From Candidatus Cloacimonadota bacterium (lineage in GTDB: Bacteria > Cloacimonadota > Cloacimonadia > Cloacimonadales > TCS61): 64,000 nt of DNA. Below the pieces are notes generated by a model. The model had not been told where the DNA came from and did no database searches. It saw nothing but the letters and a program-made list of their open reading frames with translations. The DNA is taken from positions 6,917 to 70,916 of the forward strand of contig JAIPGP010000003.1 of assembly GCA_021735645.1 (NCBI GenBank). The letters run 5' to 3'. This document shows positions 38,001-46,435 of this stretch, piece after piece (position 1 is the first letter of the stretch; every line of letters starts with the position of its first letter). A program made the position numbers and the translations under genes.

Positions 38001-39224
38001 TTAGTCCTCCTTCAGAAATTCATCACGCCAGTTTGCGTCTATCTTTTTTAACTTAAGTGCTATATCAATTGTCCGTTGAGCACGTTTCACTACTGGTGGA
38101 TCAATCATCTTAGAGCCTAAGGCGACAACACCCAGTCCCTGCTCTTCAGCTATTATAAAGGCATTAACAATTTTCTTTGCCTTCTCTATCTCACTAACAT
38201 CCGGAGCATAGTTCTCGTGTATCACGGGTATCTGGCGAGGATGAATACAACCCATGCCATCGAAACCGAGCTGCTTGGAATTCTGCACATTAGCTGCCAG
38301 TCCTTCCATGTCTGATACATCGCTGAATACACTGTCTATGGGCTGAATTCCTGCTGCCCGGGCGGCATTAACCACTTGACAACGGGCAAAAAATGTCTCA
38401 TTACCTGCCAGAGTACGCTGCGTTCCCAGATCTGCAGTATAATCTTCCAGTCCTATAGCCATACCTACTATATAGGGTGAAGAGGAGGCAATTTCATAAG
38501 CTTTGATCACTCCCAGAGCACTCTCAATTATCGGCATCAGCCAGATTGGGTGCTCGATATGATATTTATGCTTCATTTCACCAATCACTTCTTCCAGTAC
38601 TTCTATCTGCTCAGGGTCTTCACATTTGGGTATTAATAACAGGTTCACATTATGCGGCAGAACAAATTCCAGGTCTTCCAACCCTTTTGGTATCTGGTTA
38701 ATTCTCACCATGCGTTCTGCTCCATAAAAATCAAGAGCCCGCAAAGTATTGCGCACCAGAAACCGCGTTTCATACTTCTTTGCCGGAGCCACCGAGTCTT
38801 CCAGATCAAGAATAATCCCATCTGGCTGATGCAAGCCGGCATTTATTGCCAGCTTAGGAGTATTGCCCGGCAGGTAAAGCCTGCTTCTACGGTAGCGGTC
38901 TTTTTCCGTGCTATACAGGTTTTGTGCCAGCATTTCGGGTAGATATTCCTTATCAGTTGTAATAATTGCTCTGATAGCTGCTTCCAGTCGTGCCTGCAAT
39001 ACAAAATTCAAAGCCCCTGTGTCTATTACTTCCAGAAGACAATGCTTGATATCATAAAAATCCAGGACTTTCCGGCATTCCTGACGGATATTTTCGCCAT
39101 ATAGCACTTCAACTTTGCTATCAAGATTGATTTCGATTCCCCCGGTTTTAGTAATTTCCAGAGATACAAAACAGTCACTGCGGACTGAACTTCCAGTGTT
39201 ACCGGCAGTTGCTTTTCCTGTCAC
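38001..39224 (-). CDS. Fusion of citrate-lyase acyl carrier protein (CitD-like, N-terminal ~90 aa) with citrate lyase beta subunit (CitE/HpcH-HpaI fold)
   Basis: The N-terminus AGNTGSSVRSDCFVSLEI...IDTGALNFVLQARLEAAIR resembles CitD, including a Ser-Asp at the prosthetic-group position. Residues ~112-407 (RRSRLYLPGN...DLEDSV...) are CitE-like. Confidence 0.8.
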   Translation of the reverse strand: MTGKATAGNTGSSVRSDCFVSLEITKTGGIEINLDSKVEVLYGENIRQECRKVLDFYDIKHCLLEVIDTGALNFVLQARLEAAIRAIITTDKEYLPEMLAQNLYSTEKDRYRRSRLYLPGNTPKLAINAGLHQPDGIILDLEDSVAPAKKYETRFLVRNTLRALDFYGAERMVRINQIPKGLEDLEFVLPHNVNLLLIPKCEDPEQIEVLEEVIGEMKHKYHIEHPIWLMPIIESALGVIKAYEIASSSPYIVGMAIGLEDYTADLGTQRTLAGNETFFARCQVVNAARAAGIQPIDSVFSDVSDMEGLAANVQNSKQLGFDGMGCIHPRQIPVIHENYAPDVSEIEKAKKIVNAFIIAEEQGLGVVALGSKMIDPPVVKRAQRTIDIALKLKKIDANWRDEFLKED

Positions 39225-39237
39225 AATCTACCTCCTT

Positions 39238-40536
39238 TTATCTATTTAAATATTTTTGCAAGTATTGATATTTATCTTCCAGCTTCCCTAAATGGGCAAT
39301 AACTGCTGGCTGTATTTCCGCCGGCAGTATTGAGACTGCGATCGGCTGGCTGTAGTCATTATCCAGCATAGCCGGCACAAAAGGCTGCAAGGCAGAATTA
39401 AAGAAATCAGATGCTTCCCTGGAAAATTCGCAAGGCAGATTATCAATCGCGCATACTGCAAAACCTGCACCCTTAAAACCATCTGTCAGCGAATCTGTAA
39501 CCGGATTATAAATGAATACCGGATTATCCGGCATGGTTACTTTTCGCGTTGCCTCGATAGAACCCTCTATGTCACAGGTAATATCACCGATCATGATCAG
39601 TTTTTGCTGCTCACCCTGCAATTTACCCAATTCGCTGTTCTTCAAAAATACCGGATAACCAGGTGCCCAGTAAATTCCGCTCATATACATTGTACAATAG
39701 GGCAGATACTGCTCCATCTTTGATTTATAATCCTTACCATTTACAAAGTAATCACTTAATTGAAATTCGCCACCATCTTTTCGCTCTACTAAATGCTCTT
39801 CTCTGAAAATCGAGAGATACAGGCGATTGGATTCATGACTTATCTCCAAACCGGCTAAAGCTTCTGGTGACACTTCCTTGATCGGAAAGGCTTCTAATAT
39901 TTCCTGACAGCCTATCGAGACATTGCCATAACCTAATAGACATATATTAAATGGACAAATTTCTGCTGGCAGACCTTCCCTTTCGATTTCTTTGCCTATT
40001 TTACGCAATTCCGCCAGGCACTGTTCAAGTGATTCATACTGATAGCTCTGTTTCACCTTCAAAAAAGGTGTTTCTATGCCATATTCCTGTAGATAACGCT
40101 GTCCTGCTGCCCATAAAGCGTCTACCATGCCGGCATTTCCGGCAAACTTGCCAAAAAATACCAGCCGCCTGCCCTGGTCATCTATGATCTTTTCATAATC
40201 CATTAAAGTGCTGCCGGTATCCAGAATATGCTGCAGTAGAGGCATATTATAATCCTGCCCCTTGATCGTGTGTGAAAAAAACAGATGTGGCTTACCAGGA
40301 ATTATTCCTTCCAGCGGTATCTCTTTCACACCAATGATAAGATCGCAATTGCTCAAGTCCTCAGCTAATTCTGCCCCGGCAGCCAGGTATGCTTCATTTT
40401 TGTATATCCGTGTTTCCGAAGGCTGAATTGTCACCTGATAGCCCTTATCGATAAGTTTCTTTACTGATGGAGGATTCATCGGCACTCGACGTTCCCAGCG
40501 ATTCTTGGTCTCTTTCATTATCCCTAATCTTTTCAT
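39238..40536 (-). CDS. LOR/SDH-type (lysine-2-oxoglutarate reductase-like) AlaDH/PNT-fold dehydrogenase
   Basis: 432 aa. WERRVPMNP...GYQVTIQPS...FFSHTIKGQDYNMPLLQHIL...LMDYEKI...FGKFAGNAGM matches my recollection of the conserved LOR domain of bifunctional LOR/SDH enzymes. First gene of the operon. Confidence 0.7.
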   Translation of the reverse strand: MKRLGIMKETKNRWERRVPMNPPSVKKLIDKGYQVTIQPSETRIYKNEAYLAAGAELAEDLSNCDLIIGVKEIPLEGIIPGKPHLFFSHTIKGQDYNMPLLQHILDTGSTLMDYEKIIDDQGRRLVFFGKFAGNAGMVDALWAAGQRYLQEYGIETPFLKVKQSYQYESLEQCLAELRKIGKEIEREGLPAEICPFNICLLGYGNVSIGCQEILEAFPIKEVSPEALAGLEISHESNRLYLSIFREEHLVERKDGGEFQLSDYFVNGKDYKSKMEQYLPYCTMYMSGIYWAPGYPVFLKNSELGKLQGEQQKLIMIGDITCDIEGSIEATRKVTMPDNPVFIYNPVTDSLTDGFKGAGFAVCAIDNLPCEFSREASDFFNSALQPFVPAMLDNDYSQPIAVSILPAEIQPAVIAHLGKLEDKYQYLQKYLNR

Positions 40537-40794
40537 AGCTACCTCATATTATTTTTTTAATTATTATATTAAGTACCCTTGCCAAAACAAAGGTAATATT
40601 AATGGGTCTCGTAATGATCTTTTAGCGGTCAGGCTATCTTTATTTTGATTTTAATTTACCTGACTGCTAATGATACTCTTCTTTACTATTGAATTAGTTC
40701 GTCAAGTTTTATCACACAATTCCCCTTTTTTTGTTAAGATTATCGCAATTTTCCCCAGGTGCTCAGATCAAATAAATCCATCAGGAAAGAATAA

Positions 40795-40850
40795 GCTGCA
40801 GCAATAAAGCACAATCTCATAAAAAGGTGTATTTGCTTTGTTGTTCCTGG
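40795..40850. repeat. Palindromic element, copy 2 (diverged, inverted relative to copy 1)
   Basis: GCTGCAGCAATAAAGCAC ... TGCTTTGTTGTTCCTGG. The loop AATCTCATAAAAAGGTGTAT matches the reverse complement of the copy-1 loop (AATCTCACAAAAAAATGCGGGTAC). A 12-bp stem forms if two G-U pairs are allowed on the plus-strand RNA. Confidence 0.65.
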
Positions 40851-40980
40851 AGTATTACTTTTTAGTAATGTTTGAAGGGCGTAAAAGGTTAATCAGAATA
40901 ATTGACAGCAAAAGTCTTGACTATAAAAAACAGTTGGAGAAATTAACAAAGTGAAAAAACAGGCAAAACAGGAGGCGCTG

Positions 40981-41769
40981 ATGAAGCAGCTGATTTTGGC
41001 AATAATTCTGGTGATAATATTACCATTGTGCGCTTTTGAGATGGATACTCTGGTGGATGCTCCTACAGCTGGGATGCTGCAGGCAGGTCAAACTGATATA
41101 TTCACGGAATTTTATAAAGACAATGGCTTATTGCTGGGAGTGCGGGTAGGAATAATTCCTCGAGTAATGATCGGCGTGAGCTATGGTTCTGAAAATGTAG
41201 TAGGTAATAATGAGCCGGAATGGCATGATCAGGTGGAGTTTTACGGGAAATTTCGGCTTATGGATGAAACCAGTCGAATTCCGGCATTAGCAATTGGATA
41301 TGATTCGCAGGGTCATGGCAGGTTTTATGCCGAAGATGATGATGGAGTAGATGTACGGCGTTATGACATCAAGTCGAAGGGATTTTTTGGAGTTCTGACC
41401 AAGAATTTTGGATTTTTGGGGAATTTGGGATTGCATCTGGGTACGAATTACAGTCTAGAGAACACCGAAGATGATCGTCACATGAATATTTTTACTGGAG
41501 TAGATAAATCAATAGGTGACATCATGGTATTAAGTGTGGAATATGACATGGGCATCAATGAAGATGAGAAATGGCTGGAAACTATCATGGATGAAGATAT
41601 CGAGTACTTTGACAAGGGTTATTTGAATTCTGGGCTGGGCATATATTTCAGTGAAAATTTGTATTTACAGGTAAAATTTAATGATCTGCTGGGCAATCGT
41701 GGAGATACCAGCATGGCAGACAGGTCTATAAGGTTAAAATATTATTTTGAAATCAATGCTAAGAATTAG
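40981..41769 (+). CDS. Hypothetical exported protein (possible outer-membrane beta-rich protein)
   Basis: The ATG at 40981 has a CAGGAGG RBS and gives a signal peptide (MKQLILAIILVIILPLCAF). The track start at GTG 40951 is less likely. No recognised domain. Confidence 0.5.
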   Translation: MKQLILAIILVIILPLCAFEMDTLVDAPTAGMLQAGQTDIFTEFYKDNGLLLGVRVGIIPRVMIGVSYGSENVVGNNEPEWHDQVEFYGKFRLMDETSRIPALAIGYDSQGHGRFYAEDDDGVDVRRYDIKSKGFFGVLTKNFGFLGNLGLHLGTNYSLENTEDDRHMNIFTGVDKSIGDIMVLSVEYDMGINEDEKWLETIMDEDIEYFDKGYLNSGLGIYFSENLYLQVKFNDLLGNRGDTSMADRSIRLKYYFEINAKN

Positions 41770-43654
41770 TCTAATAATCATACCCCTCTTGTTGATATTG
41801 ACAGGATGCAGCAGCACAAATGCAATAGAGAAAGAGGAAATAGTTCAAGACAGTCAGTATCAGGACTGGCGTTTTTTGAAAGCGCTGATATTTTTTTCTA
41901 ATTCGGAATATGAGCGTCTGCAGGGAAATTATGATACCGCTTTTGATCTGGTGCGTCTGGCAGAAGAGAGTTATCCAGAGAGTGTATATCTGAAAGAGAA
42001 GATATATAATTATTTACGGGGACAAGCCCAGCATGACAGTACAGCCGCAGATTACATGATAAAGCTTGGCAGTAAATGGTATAAAGATGGTGTAATAAGC
42101 AGTGAGATACTATACAGTCTGGCAGAAATTTGTGTATATAGAAATCAGATAGAGCTGGCAGACATTTATTTTCTCAGCAGTTTAACCGAAGGGGCAAAAC
42201 GCAGTCAATACCTTACTTATTATATGTTTCAGCGTGAATATTACCCGCCGGCAGATAGTGTATATTTGAGGAAAGCAGCAGCCGGAGAATGGAAGGAAGA
42301 AGATAAAGGCGTCATATATCAGGTAGTGGATCAATACAATTCGCTTGGCGAAGAAGAAAAAGCCAGGGACCTCCTATTACGAGCTTATAAAAGCTGGCAT
42401 GAATTGCAGCCACTATTAAACATAATAGCTTTGAATGTAAAACTGGAAGATTGGGACCTTACGGCGGAACTTTTGAGTGACCGGCAGGATAATGAAGGGG
42501 ATTTACCAAGAGAATTGCTGGATTATCTAATAAGTCTATATTATGAGACCGGGAAATATGATAAAGTGGTGGAGCTGGAAACCGAATGCCGTGAAACCGG
42601 CAATGAAATGATCATGAAAATCCTGTTTTTATCTGCTTTGCAGGTAGATGATTATGAACTGAGTAACAAGACTGCAGATTTACTTGTATCAGCGGGATTT
42701 ATATCAGAAGATTATTATCCATCTTTTTATGGCAGTCTTTGGGAACTTGAGTTAAAGGAAAGACATTGGGAAAGGGCACTTGAGCGGTTTAACCAGGCGG
42801 GAGGAGTAATAAATAAGCTGTCACTGATAATAGAAAAGATGAATGACGAAGCTAATATAGAGCTTTTAGAGGTATTTTTGGAGAGTTATTATCAGGAGGC
42901 AGAAGCTAAGCAGGAAGCATTATTTATCTTAGCAATCTTTAATCTGAAGCAGGCAAAGTGGCAGCGGGGAGAAGAACTGCTGGAACTGATAGATAACAGT
43001 TATATTCTTAACGAGGAATTGATTGTGGTGTTGGCAGCAGTTTACAGTGAAGATGAAGCAGGTTTTCTGGAAAGCAAATTCCGCGGAGATTCACTGCTAT
43101 TGGGTTTATTATATTTTTATCTGCAAGACGTAGAGAAAGCGGCACTATTTCTGGAGGATAGTTATACGGCAGGTAAAATAAATCCACAGGGATTACTGGC
43201 ACTGGGGACAATATTGAATGACAAGGCAGACGAAGACCATTTAATAGCAGTTTTAGAGTATGGCAGAGAAAACTTTGGCGAGAACACCAATATCTTGAAT
43301 TTTTATGGCTATCAAGTGGCAGTACAGGAAGAAGAGGAATTATATGAAACCGCAGAAACCAGTCTATTAAAAGCGTTGGAACTGGAGCCGGAAAATGCAA
43401 TGTACTGGGATAGTCTGGGCTGGCTTTATTATAAAATGAATAAGATGGAATCAGCATTGGAGGCAATGGATCACACAATTGAGATAGCTACACAACATGC
43501 TGATATTGCCTATCATCTGGGAGCGATCCTCTATGAAAACAAAGAATATGATTTGGCTCAGGCATATTTGCTGATGGTGAATGATATGGAAGGTGGAGAA
43601 GAATTACAGGAAAAAGTACAAGAAATTTTAAATAAACTGAAAGTTGAAGAATAG
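41747..43654 (+). CDS. Tetratricopeptide-repeat lipoprotein
   Basis: Lipobox ILTGC. Multiple TPR-like helical repeats, for example the C-terminal AMYWDSLGWLYYKMNKMESALEAMDHTIEI and ADIAYHLGAILYENKEYDLAQAYL. Confidence 0.65.
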   Translation: MKSMLRISLIIIPLLLILTGCSSTNAIEKEEIVQDSQYQDWRFLKALIFFSNSEYERLQGNYDTAFDLVRLAEESYPESVYLKEKIYNYLRGQAQHDSTAADYMIKLGSKWYKDGVISSEILYSLAEICVYRNQIELADIYFLSSLTEGAKRSQYLTYYMFQREYYPPADSVYLRKAAAGEWKEEDKGVIYQVVDQYNSLGEEEKARDLLLRAYKSWHELQPLLNIIALNVKLEDWDLTAELLSDRQDNEGDLPRELLDYLISLYYETGKYDKVVELETECRETGNEMIMKILFLSALQVDDYELSNKTADLLVSAGFISEDYYPSFYGSLWELELKERHWERALERFNQAGGVINKLSLIIEKMNDEANIELLEVFLESYYQEAEAKQEALFILAIFNLKQAKWQRGEELLELIDNSYILNEELIVVLAAVYSEDEAGFLESKFRGDSLLLGLLYFYLQDVEKAALFLEDSYTAGKINPQGLLALGTILNDKADEDHLIAVLEYGRENFGENTNILNFYGYQVAVQEEEELYETAETSLLKALELEPENAMYWDSLGWLYYKMNKMESALEAMDHTIEIATQHADIAYHLGAILYENKEYDLAQAYLLMVNDMEGGEELQEKVQEILNKLKVEE

Positions 43655-43662
43655 GAGGTAGA

Positions 43663-43872
43663 ATGCGTTTTGAATTTGGCAAACTTAATACAGTATTAAT
43701 GGTGATAGCCATACTGGTGACTGCAATTGGTTATATAATAATGGGAACAGGAGATAACACAATATCACCGGTAATGCTGGTGATTGCCTATGCAATCTTA
43801 TTTCCGGCAGCTATTATTACGGGCGTAGATCGCAGCAGCAGTGAGGAAGATAAAGGGAAAAGGATGAAATAG
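43663..43872 (+). CDS. Small two-TM membrane protein
   Basis: 69 aa with an AGGAGG RBS and two hydrophobic helices. Tightly spaced between the TPR and DUF58 genes. Confidence 0.5.
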   Translation: MRFEFGKLNTVLMVIAILVTAIGYIIMGTGDNTISPVMLVIAYAILFPAAIITGVDRSSSEEDKGKRMK

Positions 43873-43877
43873 CTTAG

Positions 43878-44771
43878 ATGGGAGAAAGCCGGAATTATTT
43901 ATCAGACGAGTTTATTGCGACTTTGAACAAGTTTTCACTACGGGCGCGCCTGATAGTAGAGGGATTCAAGATAGGCTTGCATAAATCACCCTATCATGGA
44001 TTTAGTGTGGAATTTTCTGATCACAGGCAATATAATCCTGGCGATCCGGTAGCTCATATTGACTGGAAAGTGTTTGGAAAAACAGACCGGTATTACATCA
44101 AGCGCTATGAGGAAGAGACGAATCTGAAAAGCTATATCCTGCTTGACCACAGTGCTTCGATGGGTTATGGAAAGGGTAATTTTACTAAATTGGAGTATGG
44201 CAAAGCCCTGGCATCATCTTTAGCCTGGCTGATGATGAGCCAGCAGGATGCCGTAGGATTGCTTACCTATAATGATGAATTGACCAGTTATCTGCCACCA
44301 CGCTCATTGCGGTCTTATCTGGAAGAAATCTTCAAGAAATTGTATAATCTGGAAAGCAGCAATAAAACAAGTACGGCAAAAGTGCTGCATAAGCTGGCAG
44401 AACAGGTACGTAAGCGGGGATTGATAGTACTGATATCTGATATGCTGGATGATATTGAGGAGCTTTTTTCCGGTTTACAGCATTTTCGGCATCAGAAGCA
44501 TGAAGTGATCTTATTTCATATTCAGGATCAGGATGAGCTGGACTTTGATTTCAAGCGAGAGACGGAATTTATTGATGCTGAGACGAAAGAGCGGATAACG
44601 GTGAATCCCTGGATGATCCGGCGAGATTACCAGCAGGAATATGAAAAATACACGAAAGAGCTGAAAAGGCGGTGTTATGAGGCTGGAATAGAGTATAATC
44701 CCATAACCACCTCTACCCCATTTGAGAAGAATCTGCTGGATTATCTGGTAAAAAGGTCACGGCTCTATTAA
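43878..44771 (+). CDS. DUF58-family (vWA-like) protein
   Basis: 297 aa. GLHKSPYHGFSVEFSDHRQY.PGD and IDWKVFGKTD..YIKRYEEE are signature DUF58 motifs. Confidence 0.8.
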   Translation: MGESRNYLSDEFIATLNKFSLRARLIVEGFKIGLHKSPYHGFSVEFSDHRQYNPGDPVAHIDWKVFGKTDRYYIKRYEEETNLKSYILLDHSASMGYGKGNFTKLEYGKALASSLAWLMMSQQDAVGLLTYNDELTSYLPPRSLRSYLEEIFKKLYNLESSNKTSTAKVLHKLAEQVRKRGLIVLISDMLDDIEELFSGLQHFRHQKHEVILFHIQDQDELDFDFKRETEFIDAETKERITVNPWMIRRDYQQEYEKYTKELKRRCYEAGIEYNPITTSTPFEKNLLDYLVKRSRLY

Positions 44772-46435
44772 TTTTTATCCGGGAAAGGATCAAGCAGACA
44801 GATAACCTGGAGAATTTCACCTAAGGTTTTAAATTTTACTTCTTTGAGATAGCCATTTGATTTTATCTCGAGAGAATTAAGCTGTGATGTAATCATATCT
44901 TTGGTTAATGGCTGTCTTTCTGATTGATCATCCTGAGAAAACTGATTTTCATTAGGATTATGAGATTTCAGCCAGAAATTACATTCAATAAAACCATTAT
45001 CGTATGCCAGAAGCAGAATAAATCCGGAAATAATATTTCTTTCACCTTGAAAAGATTCGGAACTGAAAAGCCGGTTTATATCGCTTTCAAACAATCGGGC
45101 AAATTTGCCGGAGTTGGTAAAATGCAATAAAAAGCTTTCACACCTGATGTTATCTAATTCCATATCTTCAGGAATATCAGCTTGATAATATTGTTTGAGA
45201 CCTATCATAGAGGCAGAATAAGGTTTAAAGAAAGATACGAGAGTGAAATCATCCTGGCTGATGTCATATCCGGCCTGTTTCACGTATTCCATAAATTCAA
45301 GGGAAGCGGTGAGAGGGTTAGACTGTGGTATTTTATAATTCATTTCTTTGAGGAGAGTTTCCTGACCCAGGCGCGAATTATCAGAGCGGGTACACTCATA
45401 TAAACCATCAGAATAGATAAATATAGTCTGATGATCAGCCAGTTTAAGTATATTTTCATCCTGGGAGGAATACTGATGAGTCGGCAGCCAGCCCACGGGG
45501 ATAGTGCCGTTATCATTATCCAGCAGTCTGGCTTTGTTTTCCAGATGGTCAAAGACAATAATTTCGGGATGGCCAGCTCTGATATAGCGGACTTCATTTG
45601 ATATAAGGTTTACAGTACCGAGGATGATAGTCATGTAATTATTACTGATAAAGAGGTGTTTACAGAGGATTTTATTAAGCTCGGTCAAGATTACAGCGGG
45701 TTCCAGGTGCGGTTTTGACTGATCGATGAGCATATTTATGGTGGAATTGGCAGCCATCATCAGCATGGCAGCTTTCAAGCCATGCCCGGACACATCGCCC
45801 AGATAAAAGACAAAAGTATCATCATTTATGGGATAATAGCCAAAAAGATCTCCTCCCACATCCAGAGATGGGACATAAGCAGTAGAAAAAATCAGCTTAT
45901 AATTAAACAGCAGCCATTCAGGCAGGAGGTATTCCTGCACTGTCCGAGCTAAAGCAAGGTCCTGTTTGATTTCCAGAAATAATTTTTCCTGTTCTTTGAG
46001 GACAGCAATCTGCTTTTCTTCCGCTTCAAGGGTTCTTTGCCGGAGAAAGATATCAGCCGAAATCTCCTTCAGGTGACTATCAAGTATCCTGAAATCAACC
46101 GGTTTATTAATAAAGGCACTGATATGAAAATCAATTGCTTCAATGAAGTAGTTGATATCGGTGTGAGCAGAGATGATAATTATCTTGATCAAGCTGTTTT
46201 CAGCCCGGATTTTTTTGATCATTTCCAGACCGCTTATGCGGGGCATTTTTATGTCTGTGATAATCAGGTCTGGCTGTTCTGCTTTATACTTCTGAAGGCC
46301 TGCTAAACCATCTTCCGCAATGATCACATGCTTGAAGCGATGTTGCAGGATATTGCTGAGTGAATGCAGAGTATTGCGTGAATCTTCGCAGAGCAGGACT
46401 TTCAGTTCGTATTTCTGATTATTATTATTGCTCAT
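44768..46435 (-). CDS. Response-regulator receiver + PP2C/SpoIIE phosphatase + unassigned C-terminal domain
   Basis: REC domain (LLCEDS...DLIITDIKMP...IIIISAH), a coiled linker and a SpoIIE-type PP2C (VGGDLFGY...GDVSGHGLKAAMLM...SDGLYE). About 150 aa at the C-terminus carry no motif I recognise. Confidence 0.8.
   Translation of the reverse strand: MSNNNNQKYELKVLLCEDSRNTLHSLSNILQHRFKHVIIAEDGLAGLQKYKAEQPDLIITDIKMPRISGLEMIKKIRAENSLIKIIIISAHTDINYFIEAIDFHISAFINKPVDFRILDSHLKEISADIFLRQRTLEAEEKQIAVLKEQEKLFLEIKQDLALARTVQEYLLPEWLLFNYKLIFSTAYVPSLDVGGDLFGYYPINDDTFVFYLGDVSGHGLKAAMLMMAANSTINMLIDQSKPHLEPAVILTELNKILCKHLFISNNYMTIILGTVNLISNEVRYIRAGHPEIIVFDHLENKARLLDNDNGTIPVGWLPTHQYSSQDENILKLADHQTIFIYSDGLYECTRSDNSRLGQETLLKEMNYKIPQSNPLTASLEFMEYVKQAGYDISQDDFTLVSFFKPYSASMIGLKQYYQADIPEDMELDNIRCESFLLHFTNSGKFARLFESDINRLFSSESFQGERNIISGFILLLAYDNGFIECNFWLKSHNPNENQFSQDDQSERQPLTKDMITSQLNSLEIKSNGYLKEVKFKTLGEILQVICLLDPFPDKN

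Noticed and set aside
29263-40850. Composite transposon or genomic island interpretation of the repeat-bracketed block
   Set aside because: No transposase, integrase, tRNA attachment site or direct target duplications are visible, and the repeats are only ~two-thirds identical. The observation is kept as a finding, but no mobile element is called.
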